Shown here in pieces: positions 1 to 9,430 of a stretch of 64,000 nucleotides of DNA; position 1 is the first letter of the stretch; each line of letters begins with the position of its first letter. Both the position numbers and the translations under genes were made by a program. Origin of the DNA: an uncultured delta proteobacterium (GTDB lineage: Bacteria > Desulfobacterota > Desulfobacteria > Desulfobacterales > CAWDIC01); assembly GCA_963802265.1 (NCBI GenBank), contig CAWDIC010000006.1, positions 11,889-75,888 on the forward strand. Direction: 5' to 3'. The notes under the pieces are model-generated. The model did not search any database. It worked only from the letters and a program-made list of their open reading frames with translations, and was not told the DNA's origin.

Positions 1-371
1 AAGGCGGAATCGGCATCCGTTTCTATTTCTAACCGCTACCTTAAAATGACGTTTTGGCCCAACCCGCCAAAGACGGATATTCCTCGGCGTTGGGCCATCG
101 TTTTAAATCCCGACCTGCTTGAGGTGGACCGTGAGGTTAAAACTCGGTCCGGCGTTGACCTTGCAGCAGCTAATTGAGCATCTCTTCCAACTCAGGCAAG
201 CCCAATTCATCGAGCGTATTCAAACCACTCATATCAATTGGATGTCCATTCTCAGGCGCCTTGCGTTAAGTTAAACTATATATTGCATTTTATTGTGACT
301 GTTGCTAACAGCATGTGCGTACAATAATGCCTGACAACGATCGCTTTAGCACGTATGGGAGGGATGTTTAG

Positions 372-1679
372 ATGAACGTGCAGACCATTTCGGAAAAATT
401 GAAACAGACCGATGCGACCAAGATTTTTTTTACGGATCTGCATGGCCGGATCATGAGTCTGCCGATCAATCCTGCCAATATCGATGCCATTGTTAGAAAC
501 GGTATTGGCTTCGACGGCAGCTCAATTGCAGGTTATGCCACGGTGGAAAGCAGCGACCGACTTCTCAAGCCAATGCCTGAAAGTTTTAAGGCGGTGTCTT
601 TTGCTGATGAAAATCTGGGGTTTTTGATCGGTAATGTCTTCAACGAGAAGGGCCAGAGGGCGCAAACAGATCCGCGAGCGGTTCTGGAAAAAGTCGTTGC
701 AACCGCGGAAAAAGAATTCGGCTATCGATTTTTGGTAGGGCCGGAACACGAATTTTTCTTGCTGAAAGGGGATGAATTCAGTGACGACTTGCATACGGAC
801 AAGGGGCTTTATTTTCAGGCCAGCCCGCATGATAAGGGCGAGGTCGTTCGAAACCGAATCATCCGTATTTTGAGTGCCTGTGATATCGTTTTTGAAAAAG
901 CCCATCATGAGGTCACGGCGTCACAGCACGAGATTAACTTTGAATGTGCCGACCCCATCAGCAGCGCTGATCGGACGGTACTTTTTAATTATGTCACCCA
1001 AAAGGCGGCAGTGGAATTCGGATATCATGCCACCTTTATGCCGAAGCCGTTTGACGGACAAAACCGCAATGCTTTTCATATTCACCTTTCGATGCAGGAC
1101 CTGCAAGGCAAAAATGTTTTCCATGAAGAAGGTGCCGAGCATAACCTCGGAACAGTGGCCAGGCAATTTATTGCCGGAATCCTCAAATACGCCCGCGAGG
1201 CGTCGATTGTCATGGCGTCGACCTTCAATTCCTACAAGGCTTATGTCCTTGAAAGAGAGGCACCGATCATCAGAAATTGGGGCTATTGCAACCGGAGTTC
1301 CATGATTCGCATTCCTTTCGCCAGCGAGCCGCACGCCACCCGCATTGAATTGCGAAACCCGGACCCGACCGGAAATGTTTACCTTCAAATTGCGGTTTTG
1401 ATTGCCATGGGATTGGAAGGTATTCGACAGAAGCTCGATTGCGGGCGTTCGGTGTCGGGCAGCACATACGCGAAAAATTACGGCATGAAGGTCTGGGATA
1501 AACGTTTTCTGCCCAAGAGCATGTATGAGGCGCTGGTTGAGGCGGAACGGAGTAAGTTTTTAAAACAAGCGCTGGGTGATCGGATTTATGACAACTATAT
1601 GACCTTGAAAGTGAAGGACTGGGAAGAACATCGGACCCATGTTACACCGCGTGAGCATCGCAAGTACTTGAGCCGATAA
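372..1679 (+). CDS. Glutamine synthetase family protein (type I-like, divergent)
   Basis: Intact 435-aa ORF with GS catalytic blocks GPEHEFFLL, HHEVTASQHEINF, NSYKAYV, SSMIRIP and RIELRNPDPTGNVYL. RBS gggaggg lies upstream of the ATG. The usual GSGMH block reads NAFHIH, so this is a divergent member. Confidence 0.85.
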   Translation: MNVQTISEKLKQTDATKIFFTDLHGRIMSLPINPANIDAIVRNGIGFDGSSIAGYATVESSDRLLKPMPESFKAVSFADENLGFLIGNVFNEKGQRAQTDPRAVLEKVVATAEKEFGYRFLVGPEHEFFLLKGDEFSDDLHTDKGLYFQASPHDKGEVVRNRIIRILSACDIVFEKAHHEVTASQHEINFECADPISSADRTVLFNYVTQKAAVEFGYHATFMPKPFDGQNRNAFHIHLSMQDLQGKNVFHEEGAEHNLGTVARQFIAGILKYAREASIVMASTFNSYKAYVLEREAPIIRNWGYCNRSSMIRIPFASEPHATRIELRNPDPTGNVYLQIAVLIAMGLEGIRQKLDCGRSVSGSTYAKNYGMKVWDKRFLPKSMYEALVEAERSKFLKQALGDRIYDNYMTLKVKDWEEHRTHVTPREHRKYLSR

Positions 1680-1768
1680 GTGCCCATCCACTAGAAATAG
1701 AATCCGGCGGATGTCCTGATCGTTGCTGATAACCGAAAAAAGAATGCGCACCCGCAAGGAGAATAGAT

Positions 1769-2842
1769 ATGGCAGAATGGATCGAACAGCTTCAAAACAG
1801 CGTCAACACCCTTGAGCGGTTGAAGGAATTTATCAACGTTACCTCAGAGGAAGCTGAAGCCATCACGACCCTTAAGACCAAGTGGGGAACGACACCCTAT
1901 TTTGCATCTTTGATGGACCGGGATGATCCCCATTGTCCGATTCGAAGACAGGTGTTGCCATCGATGCAAGAACGCCAGAATAAATTTGGAGTCCCCAATT
2001 ATCTCGTGTGGAAGGAAAATAGGGATACCGCAGAGATTCGGCCCGACAGCATCGCCCGGCAGTACGACGACCGTATTGCCTTTACGGTAACAGATGTCTG
2101 TGCCAATTATTGCCGCCACTGTTTTCGCAAGGAACTTGTGGTCGATCGCGACCTGCAGCTCCGGATGGATGTGGACGAAGGTTTAAAATGGATTGATGAG
2201 CACACGGAAATCAGGGACGTTCTGATCACGGGAGGTGATCCTTTCATCCTGTCCGATGACAAGATAGAGTACCTGGTTCGGAAACTGAGAGAAATCACGC
2301 ACCTGGAAATGATCCGGTTCGGAACGCGCACTCCGATCGTTTTACCACAACGCATTACGCTCGGCTTGAAAAAAATTCTGAGCCCCTATCATGAGATTCC
2401 GCTTTGGATCAACACCCAGTGTAACCATCCGAACGAGATTACCGAGCAGACGGCTAAAGCCGTCTTCGACCTGTTGACCTGTGGTGTCAACGTCGGCAAC
2501 CAGGCTGTATTGCTGAAGGGCATCAATGACGACCCGGAAACTTTTAGAGAATTACACCAGAAGTTGTTGCGAATCCGCATTCGTCCCTACTATGTCTTCT
2601 ACTGCGAACCGGCGCCCGGTATCGATCATTTCCGCACACCGGTCGAAAAGGGGGCCGAACTGATCCGTGATGCCATTCGGGGCCACACCACCGGACTGGC
2701 CCAGCCCATGTATGTGATCGCAACGAACATCGGCAAGATTCCCCTGATGCCCGATTATTACATCATGGGAAAAGACGATAAGGAATACACCCTCAAAAAC
2801 TACAAGGGCCTGTTGACCAAATGGCCTAACATTCCGGAGTAA
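1769..2842 (+). CDS. KamA-family radical SAM aminomutase (lysine 2,3-aminomutase-like)
   Basis: Intact 357-aa ORF. It carries the CANYCRHC (CxxxCxxC) cluster motif, ITGGDPF, and the KamA-type block RPYYVFYCEPAPGIDHFRTP. Confidence 0.85.
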   Translation: MAEWIEQLQNSVNTLERLKEFINVTSEEAEAITTLKTKWGTTPYFASLMDRDDPHCPIRRQVLPSMQERQNKFGVPNYLVWKENRDTAEIRPDSIARQYDDRIAFTVTDVCANYCRHCFRKELVVDRDLQLRMDVDEGLKWIDEHTEIRDVLITGGDPFILSDDKIEYLVRKLREITHLEMIRFGTRTPIVLPQRITLGLKKILSPYHEIPLWINTQCNHPNEITEQTAKAVFDLLTCGVNVGNQAVLLKGINDDPETFRELHQKLLRIRIRPYYVFYCEPAPGIDHFRTPVEKGAELIRDAIRGHTTGLAQPMYVIATNIGKIPLMPDYYIMGKDDKEYTLKNYKGLLTKWPNIPE

Positions 2843-2870
2843 AGGACCCTTTCCAGTCCCTTTTTTTGAC

Positions 2871-3194
2871 CTACCGATTTTTTTGACTCAAGTATTTGCC
2901 CACCAGCATGGCAACCAGGATGGTCAGGTAGAACTGCCCGGTAACGGCGATAACCAGAGCGATCGATTTGGTGGCAGCCGCTACAGGTGTAATGTCACCG
3001 TACCCGAGCGTCGTCAGGGTAACGAAACTAAAGTACAAATAATCATGAAAACCTGGGACCGCGCCACCGGTAAAATTAATGCCGGGAGGGCCAGAGCCTG
3101 GGGCGACAATGCCGCCTGCGGTATCAGCGATGTCCAACAGCAGAGCACCGAGCAGGCCCAGCAGAACGATGTTATTGCGCATCAGTGTTTTCAT
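2871..3194 (-). CDS. Minimal two-TM potassium channel (KcsA-like pore protein)
   Basis: 107 aa with the selectivity filter TLTTLGYGDITP between two hydrophobic helices. Its ATG overlaps the stop of the upstream lipoprotein gene (ATGA at 3191-3194). Confidence 0.8.
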   Translation of the reverse strand: MKTLMRNNIVLLGLLGALLLDIADTAGGIVAPGSGPPGINFTGGAVPGFHDYLYFSFVTLTTLGYGDITPVAAATKSIALVIAVTGQFYLTILVAMLVGKYLSQKNR

Positions 3195-3808
3195 GGCTCT
3201 CGTTGTTTAGGACTGCCTAGCGTCTGCGCGATTTCGCGGCTGAGATCGGCCAGGATGCGGCTTTGGGCCGCAACCAGAATTTTATAATCCCTGGATTCGT
3301 CCGGTACGGTCAAATTAAAGTTCTTGGGTCGCAAGCTTTGGTTGGTCTTGTCTCCTTTCGCTAAAATCCCCCAAGTTGCGCGAAGGGTAACGCTTTGGCC
3401 GGGAGTACTATCGAATTGGGTGATGTCGATGAACACTTGATAATCGATGGGCAGCGAGGACGGAAAGGGACGTCGTACGACGATCGCATTGCGGAGCAGG
3501 GCTGACAGGTTTTGAACGAGGACATCGTTAATATTGTGTTTAAAGGAACCGGTCCAACGGTTGAATTCATCGAGCCGAAGTTGGTTGGGGCCGATACGGG
3601 TGACAATCTGGGGCCGATCCAGATAGTGCGCGAGTCTAACCTGCACATCAACCACCAAGGTACCTGCCTTCGGGTCTGGCTCTGGAGCGGCCCCATCCTG
3701 CTCTGCGATGGATGCGAGGAAATAATGCTGCGAAGGGGAGCTGGTCGAGCAGCCGGCTGTGATCAGCACGGCCATGATCAAACAAAAACATGAGTAAGAA
3801 TTACGCAT
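3191..3808 (-). CDS. PqiC/DUF330-type ABC-transport auxiliary lipoprotein
   Basis: Starting at ATG 3808 (MRNSYSCFCLIMAVLITAGCS) gives a signal peptide plus lipobox. The gene sits directly after the MlaD-like gene, whose stop is at 3810-3812. The longer ORF-track start at 3913 would overlap mlaD. Confidence 0.65.
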   Translation of the reverse strand: MRNSYSCFCLIMAVLITAGCSTSSPSQHYFLASIAEQDGAAPEPDPKAGTLVVDVQVRLAHYLDRPQIVTRIGPNQLRLDEFNRWTGSFKHNINDVLVQNLSALLRNAIVVRRPFPSSLPIDYQVFIDITQFDSTPGQSVTLRATWGILAKGDKTNQSLRPKNFNLTVPDESRDYKILVAAQSRILADLSREIAQTLGSPKQREP

Positions 3809-3809
3809 G

Positions 3810-4871
3810 CTAATTTCCTCCCGATTGGGCTTTGCCCCGTAACAGGGCTTCAGGGTGACGTTCGAGGTAATCCGTAAGCGTACGAAGATTGCGGATCGCA
3901 TCGGCCAGTTCAACGAAGGTCTGATTGATATTATAGGAAAGGACCGTATCGCCGTCGATAAAGGCTTCCAGTACGGTCATTGATCGCCGGGCCTGTTCCA
4001 AGCTCGCCGTGGCAGCCTCGGTCACATCGGATACGCCTGCTGCCATGGGGACGACGGCGTCGTCGATATTGCGAATCATTCCCTGGGCCTCAGTCAGGGT
4101 TGCATCAACGCCGGAGGTGAGCTTGGCCGTGCGCTGATCGATATTAGCGACCATTGTATTCGTACGGGTTACGGCGCGATCAATCTGCGACAAGAGCGGC
4201 CCTGCTTTGGTTTCGATGGCCCGCATGGTGTTACGCAGGCTTTTAATGGTGGCACTTAAATCCGTGACACTGGCATGTAAATCCTCGGAGGTGGTCAGCC
4301 GCTCTAAGCCATCAACGGAATTCGCCAGCTTTTCCAAGGTTTCTTCGAAGGGGAATTTTTCCAGTTTCTTGGCCAGAGCTTCGATTGGCGTCGGTATGGT
4401 CGGGATTTCCAGATATTCAGGGTCTAAGCCTAGCAGAGTGATGGGTGAGTCGGGGAAGAAGTCGATTTCGACTTCCAATTGGCCGGTGATCAAGCTTTGC
4501 AGTCCCAAGCGTGCCCGCATACCATTGGCGATCATAATACCGAGGGCTTCTTTCGCGGTGAGATCGTCCCGTGGGTCATCATATGCATGAAATCTTTCGG
4601 TGTTGACCTCGATAAAGACCGGAATGTTGAAAGTCATTTCTTGGCCTCTCACGCGCACCTGGATATCATTTACGGTGCCGACCGGAACGCCCCGAAAAGT
4701 GACTGGCGAGCCAATATTCAGGCCTTTCAAAGAGCCTTCGAAATACATGACGTAGGGAATTGTCTTGGACAAAAATTTTCCGGAGCCAAAAACCAGGACC
4801 CCGATGATCACGAGAGCGATGGCTCCGACAACGAAACTTCCGATCATGGTTTTATTTACCTGCTTTTTCAC
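3810..4871 (-). CDS. mlaD: MlaD/MCE-domain protein
   Basis: 353 aa with an N-terminal TM helix, an MCE fold block (LKGLNIGSPVTFRGVPVGTVNDI) and a long helical C-terminus. It lies in an operon with the MlaE/MlaF-like genes. Confidence 0.8.
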   Translation of the reverse strand: MKKQVNKTMIGSFVVGAIALVIIGVLVFGSGKFLSKTIPYVMYFEGSLKGLNIGSPVTFRGVPVGTVNDIQVRVRGQEMTFNIPVFIEVNTERFHAYDDPRDDLTAKEALGIMIANGMRARLGLQSLITGQLEVEIDFFPDSPITLLGLDPEYLEIPTIPTPIEALAKKLEKFPFEETLEKLANSVDGLERLTTSEDLHASVTDLSATIKSLRNTMRAIETKAGPLLSQIDRAVTRTNTMVANIDQRTAKLTSGVDATLTEAQGMIRNIDDAVVPMAAGVSDVTEAATASLEQARRSMTVLEAFIDGDTVLSYNINQTFVELADAIRNLRTLTDYLERHPEALLRGKAQSGGN

Positions 4872-4889
4872 TAGATCGATTCCTTTACA

Positions 4890-5681
4890 TCATGCCACAG
4901 GGTTTGGCGCCAGTGATTGAGGGGCCTCCGACTGCCCACGTGTTAGAAAACGGATGATCTTCGGATCATTGCTGGTATTCAGAATCTCGTGGGGATCACC
5001 TGTTGCAAGCATGGTTTTGGTCTCTGTATCCAGAAAAACCGAGTTGTTGCTGATAGCAAAGATGCTCGCTAATTCATGCGTGACAATGACCACCGTTGCA
5101 CCCAGACTTTCGCGCAGCTCGACGATCAGTTCATCCAAAAGGTGAGCACTGATCGGGTCCAGGCCGCCCGAGGGCTCGTCGAAAAAGAGAATTTCCGGGT
5201 CCAAAGCCATGGCGCGGGCCAGACCGGCGCGTTTGCGCATGCCCCCGCTGATTTCGGCGGGGTAGTAGTCTTCGAAACCGGCCAGGCCGACCAGGGCCAG
5301 TTTCAAGGCAACGATATCGGCAATGGCATCGGATGCCAGGTCGGTATAGGTCGCCAGCGGTAGGGCCACATTTTCGGACAGGGTCATGGAACTCCACAGT
5401 GCGCCGCTTTGATAAAGAATCCCGAACCGACGCATCAAGCCGGCTTGGGCTTCTTCCCCGGCATCCCAAAAACTGATGCCACCGTAAAGCACGCTTCCTT
5501 TGGCCGGCGCTTTGAGACCGACCATATGCCGCAGCAGGGTACTTTTGCCGCATCCACTGCCACCCATAATAATGAAGATGTCGCCCTTGTTGATGGTGAA
5601 CGTCAGGTCTCTTTGCACCACGAAATCCCCGTAGGCCATGGTCAGTTCCTGAACCTGTATATGCGGCGATAGTTGATTCAT
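4890..5681 (-). CDS. mlaF: ABC transporter ATP-binding protein (MlaF-like)
   Basis: Walker A GGSGCGKST, signature ISGGMRKR, Walker B ILFFDEPSGGLD. A 4-nt overlap links it to the permease gene. Confidence 0.9.
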   Translation of the reverse strand: MNQLSPHIQVQELTMAYGDFVVQRDLTFTINKGDIFIIMGGSGCGKSTLLRHMVGLKAPAKGSVLYGGISFWDAGEEAQAGLMRRFGILYQSGALWSSMTLSENVALPLATYTDLASDAIADIVALKLALVGLAGFEDYYPAEISGGMRKRAGLARAMALDPEILFFDEPSGGLDPISAHLLDELIVELRESLGATVVIVTHELASIFAISNNSVFLDTETKTMLATGDPHEILNTSNDPKIIRFLTRGQSEAPQSLAPNPVA

Positions 5682-6832
5682 ATGCCGATCACATTACACA
5701 TGAGCGTGATGATCGCTGTAGCGACAACGATACTGACAATACCTGTGACAACCGCGGAAGTGGCGGCGGCACCCACCGCCGAAGCGCTGCGACCACACTG
5801 TATGCCACGCAAACAGCCGGCCACGGCGATGAGGACGCCAAAAACCGCGCTGTGAAACAAGCCGATCCACAAATTGTTCAAGCCGACCGACACCTTGGTC
5901 ATGTTGTAATATTCGATGACACTGATGTCGAGCATCCCCACGCCCACGATCATGCCACCTAAAATGCCCATAAGGTCGGCATAGAGGCACAGCAGCGGCA
6001 TCATGATCATCAGGGCCAGCATCCTTGGCAGTACCAGGAATTCGATGGGTGAAATGCCCAGGGTCTGGAGCGCATCGATTTCTTCATTGACCTGCATGGT
6101 GCCCAATTGGGCTGCGAATGCGGCGCCGGTGCGACCGGCCATGACAACGCCGACCATCACGGCACCCATGACACGGACCATAGAGATGCCGACCAGGCTG
6201 GCAACATAGATTTGGGCTCCGAACATCACCAATTGGACGGCCCCGACAAAGGCCAGGATCAAGCCCACCAGCAAGCTGATGAGCGAGACAATCGGCAATG
6301 CATCGCTTCCACATTCCTGAATGATCATGATCAGATCGGATCGTCGCATGCGGGTGCTGCCGCGGACCAGGGCGATTAGCGTTGCAAAGACTTCGCCAAT
6401 GAACGTTAGCATGTCCTTCGCGGATTGTTTAAATTCAATGGCGGCATTCCCGACGCGTTCCAGCAGAGCAATGCGCGGATGGCTCCGACGGGCGCCTTGG
6501 CGTTCCGGCACGGTGGTGGCCAGATGCAGTAAGCGCTGGACACCCGGCGGTAATGTTTCGGCCTTGATTGCAACGCCGGCCTGGGAACAGCCTTCGGTCA
6601 GTTTCAGTAGAAATGTCAACAGACCACTGTCCCAAGCGGTTAGTTCATTGGTGTCAAAGTGAATCTGTCGGGCTTGAGGGGAGCTTTGACATTCTTTGAT
6701 CGCCTCTGCAAAAGCAGGGAGACGTTTGTCAATGGTCCATGCGCCTTTCAGTTTAAATTGCAGAGTGTCACTGGACAGCCGGCGGCAAATCAGCTCACAA
6801 GCATCGGAAGGCGAATTGATGGTTGCTTTCAT
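5678..6832 (-). CDS. mlaE: MlaE-family ABC permease with N-terminal STAS-like domain
   Basis: 384 aa. The first ~110 aa are soluble and STAS/anti-sigma-antagonist-like (LQFKLKGAWTID...). They are followed by a multi-TM MlaE-type permease core. Confidence 0.8.
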   Translation of the reverse strand: MKATINSPSDACELICRRLSSDTLQFKLKGAWTIDKRLPAFAEAIKECQSSPQARQIHFDTNELTAWDSGLLTFLLKLTEGCSQAGVAIKAETLPPGVQRLLHLATTVPERQGARRSHPRIALLERVGNAAIEFKQSAKDMLTFIGEVFATLIALVRGSTRMRRSDLIMIIQECGSDALPIVSLISLLVGLILAFVGAVQLVMFGAQIYVASLVGISMVRVMGAVMVGVVMAGRTGAAFAAQLGTMQVNEEIDALQTLGISPIEFLVLPRMLALMIMMPLLCLYADLMGILGGMIVGVGMLDISVIEYYNMTKVSVGLNNLWIGLFHSAVFGVLIAVAGCLRGIQCGRSASAVGAAATSAVVTGIVSIVVATAIITLMCNVIGI

Positions 6833-7028
6833 GTTTAAGGGTCTTGTGTATCTTGGTGTTTTGGCTAATTGTAATACCTGTCGTCAAGCGGTTGTAGGCC
6901 GGCATTTAGGTGATGAGGGTTATTAAAAATATTTAGCATGCCTTGGTTTTTGCGGAACAATTTTCTGACAAGGATGATATTTTTTGAGTATGTCAAAATG
7001 ACTGCTGTGTGTCAATGACCACTGAATG

Positions 7029-8708
7029 CTATTTTGCGGTGGGTACCGGCTTTTGCCCGGCCAAGGCGCAAGCCATCGCTGCCTGTTGCGGTCGGGCCAG
7101 CAGGGCTTGAAGCTCTTGATCCAAGGCCGCACCTACCGTGAGCTCTTCGTCGAGCACGACCGTGGCCCCGGCTTTTTTCAGGTCAGCAGCATGGCGGTGG
7201 TAGCGTGCTCGCACGATAATGGGCGTATCTGGGACGAGCGTTTTAATGTTGGCGATCACATTTCGACTGGTGGTCGGATCCGGGAGGGTCAACACCACGG
7301 CGCACACGGAGCGGATGCCAGCGTGCTCGAGGACCTCGCTGCTGGCGGCATCACCGATGTGTACGGTCAGGTTCAGATCCTGGGCCTGTTGTGCGCTTTG
7401 GGGATTGAGTTCGATCACATGCGGGCGGATTTCCCGCTCGATCAGGGCCTGAGCTACGCGCTTTCCGGCTGGGCCGAAACCGATGATCAAGATATTCCCA
7501 TCACCGGCACCATACCCGAGGATGGGTGGGTTGCAATGGGCTGGCGCGCAGGGAAGAGACGTCGCACCAACCATTGAGCCCATACTTCGGCGTAGGCCAC
7601 CATGTAGGGCGCCAGGAACATAGACACGATGGTCACTGAAACCACCAATGCAAACTGGTTGGTGTCAATTAAACGTCCTTCACGGGCAGCGCTGGCCAAA
7701 ACGAAAGAAAACTCGCCGATCTGGGCCAGGGTCAGGCCTGTGGCCAGGGCTTGGACGGGATTGTACTTCAAAAACCGGGCGATGGCGTAAATAATAGCAG
7801 CCTTGCCGGCCACTACCAAGATCGAACAGATGGCAACCAGGTGCAGATGGCGCAAGAACCAATCAGGATCGGCCAGCATGCCCACGGAAGTGAAAAAAAG
7901 GGTCACGAAAAGGGTGCGAATACCGACGATGTCGGAGCGAATCTGTGTGGCAAAAGGCGATTCGGCCAGCAGCATGCCGGCTAGGAAACGCGCCCAAGGC
8001 AGGGGATAGCCCCATGGCGTGGGCACTCCAGATCGAGCCTAACGCCGATATGATGGCCAGCATGACCACCAACTCCCGATTGGCAAAGACGCCGCGGGTC
8101 ATGAGAATCTTGGGCGCCAAGCGGTAAAAAAGAAAATAAAAGGCGACCACTAAAAACATGGCGCCCACCAGCGTTTTGGCGATGTGGGTGGCGATTTCCT
8201 GACCGCTGCCGCCTTGGGCCATAATGGTGACCAGCAAAACCAAAGGGACTACCGCGATGTCTTGCAGCAGCAGAATCCCCAAAGCGTTGCGTCCATGGAC
8301 CGAATCGATCGCCGCCCGGTCCACCAGTACGCGCAGCACCACAGCGGTGGAACTCAAAGCGACCATCGCACCCAATACCACCGCCGCGGCGATGTCCATG
8401 GCGGCACTTGCCGCTAAGGCGTACACGCCCAGGGTGATGATAACCTGGGCCGTCCCACCCACCAGCGCGATTGTGCCCAACTGTCGTAGACGGGAAAAAG
8501 AAAACTCCAGCCCGATGGAAAACAGCAGCAGCGCCACACCCAGTTCGGCCACCTGTTCGACCGCGTGGGCGTTGAACATCAGCGGCCCCACAATGGCCCC
8601 GGCGATCAGATAGCCTATAATAGCGCTTTGTTTGAGCCGTTGGGCAATGGTGCCCAACACGAAAGCGGTTGCCAGCAACAGCACGATTTCCATTAATAGT
8701 TGCCACAT
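7029..8708 (-). CDS. CPA2 (Kef-type) cation:proton antiporter with C-terminal TrkA-N/RCK domain; frame broken twice in this assembly
   Basis: Three colinear pieces in three frames: 7863-8708 (N-terminal TM region), 7487-8026 (central TM region) and 7029-7583 (Rossmann block IIGFGPAGKRVAQAL). Confidence 0.75.
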
Positions 8709-8957
8709 CTGTGCGTTTCTCCTGTAATTTGCAATGGGTCGGCAGTTTTAAAATTTAATTTAAGGCAGCACTAACGATATGGCAATGGCCAGGGTGGGAG
8801 CAAGTTAAATATGGTTGGGGGTACGCGGCAAACTGGAGTATTGGTGAATGTTGTTGGTTCTGTGAATCAGCGCGTTCGAGGTCCAAGGCTTGGATCCTGG
8901 TTCTAAGGAGCGCTTATTTTGTAAAAGTTGGCATATGAATGCTGATGGCCTTTCGGA

Positions 8958-9206
8958 TTACTTCTTCAAAAGATTGGCTTTTATCCATTCACGGCCCTGA
9001 CCGCTTTTAAGGAAGCGTTCTCTTCGCATCGCTTCGGCGCGAGTGGAAAATTCTTCCGAATAAATGAGACTCCATGGGCCTTTTTGTTTATGGGTATATC
9101 TCATTGATCCGGGTTCTTCTGAGTTGTGACGCTCAATTCGTCTATCCAAATCTGATGTTTGACCTTTGTATAATTTGCCGGTTGTTTCGTTTTTAAGGAG
9201 GTACAC
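8958..9206 (-). CDS. GIY-YIG nuclease family protein (stand-alone URI domain)
   Basis: 82 aa with a GTG start. The pattern YLLKNETTGKLYKGQTSDLDRRIERHN...RRERFLKSGQGREW is typical of small GIY-YIG proteins. Confidence 0.75.
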   Translation of the reverse strand: MYLLKNETTGKLYKGQTSDLDRRIERHNSEEPGSMRYTHKQKGPWSLIYSEEFSTRAEAMRRERFLKSGQGREWIKANLLKK

Positions 9207-9219
9207 CCAAAATTTCCCT

Positions 9220-9246
9220 AAAAAAAAGGCCAGGATTTGCCTGGCC
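9220..9246 (-). terminator. Rho-independent terminator after tRNA-Asn
   Basis: On the minus strand: GGCCAGG-CAAAT-CCTGGCC followed by T8, starting 10 nt after the tRNA CCA end. Confidence 0.7.
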
Positions 9247-9256
9247 TATTGATTTT

Positions 9257-9332
9257 TGGCTCCCCAGCACGGACTCGAACCGCGGACCCGATGGTTAACA
9301 GCCATCTGCTCTGCCAACTGAGCTACTGGGGA
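9257..9332 (-). tRNA. tRNA-Asn: tRNA-Asn (anticodon GUU), CCA encoded
   Basis: Hand-folded 76-nt cloverleaf: TCCCCAG TA GCTC AGTTGGCA GAGC A GATGG CTGTTAA CCATC GGGTC CGCGG TTCGAGT CCGTG CTGGGGA G CCA. Confidence 0.95.
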
Positions 9333-9430
9333 AAAATTGTTTGCCAGTAGCATCCCGTCATCCGCCGGGCTGATACGGCCCGATGGTTAATCCCGCCTAA
9401 GGCGGACTCTGCCAACTGAGCTACTGGGGA
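9333..9430 (-). repeat. tRNA-Asn-derived tandem unit B (pseudo-tRNA / leader element)
   Basis: It shares the tRNA 5' 23 nt (CCCCAGTAGCTCAGTTGGCAGAG) and TTAACCATCGGG. The anticodon-stem 5' strand is replaced by the hairpin CCGCC-TTA-GGCGG(G). The 3' part is unrelated to a T arm and ends GCTACTGGCAAAC. Confidence 0.85.

Noticed and set aside
1-177. An open frame runs from the window edge to TGA at 175-177 (KAESASVSISNRYLKMTFWPNPPKTDIPRRWAIVLNPDLLEVDREVKTRSGVDLAAAN). It could be the C-terminus of an upstream gene.
   Set aside because: It has no recognisable motif, is only 58 codons long and is truncated by the window. I cannot support calling it a feature.
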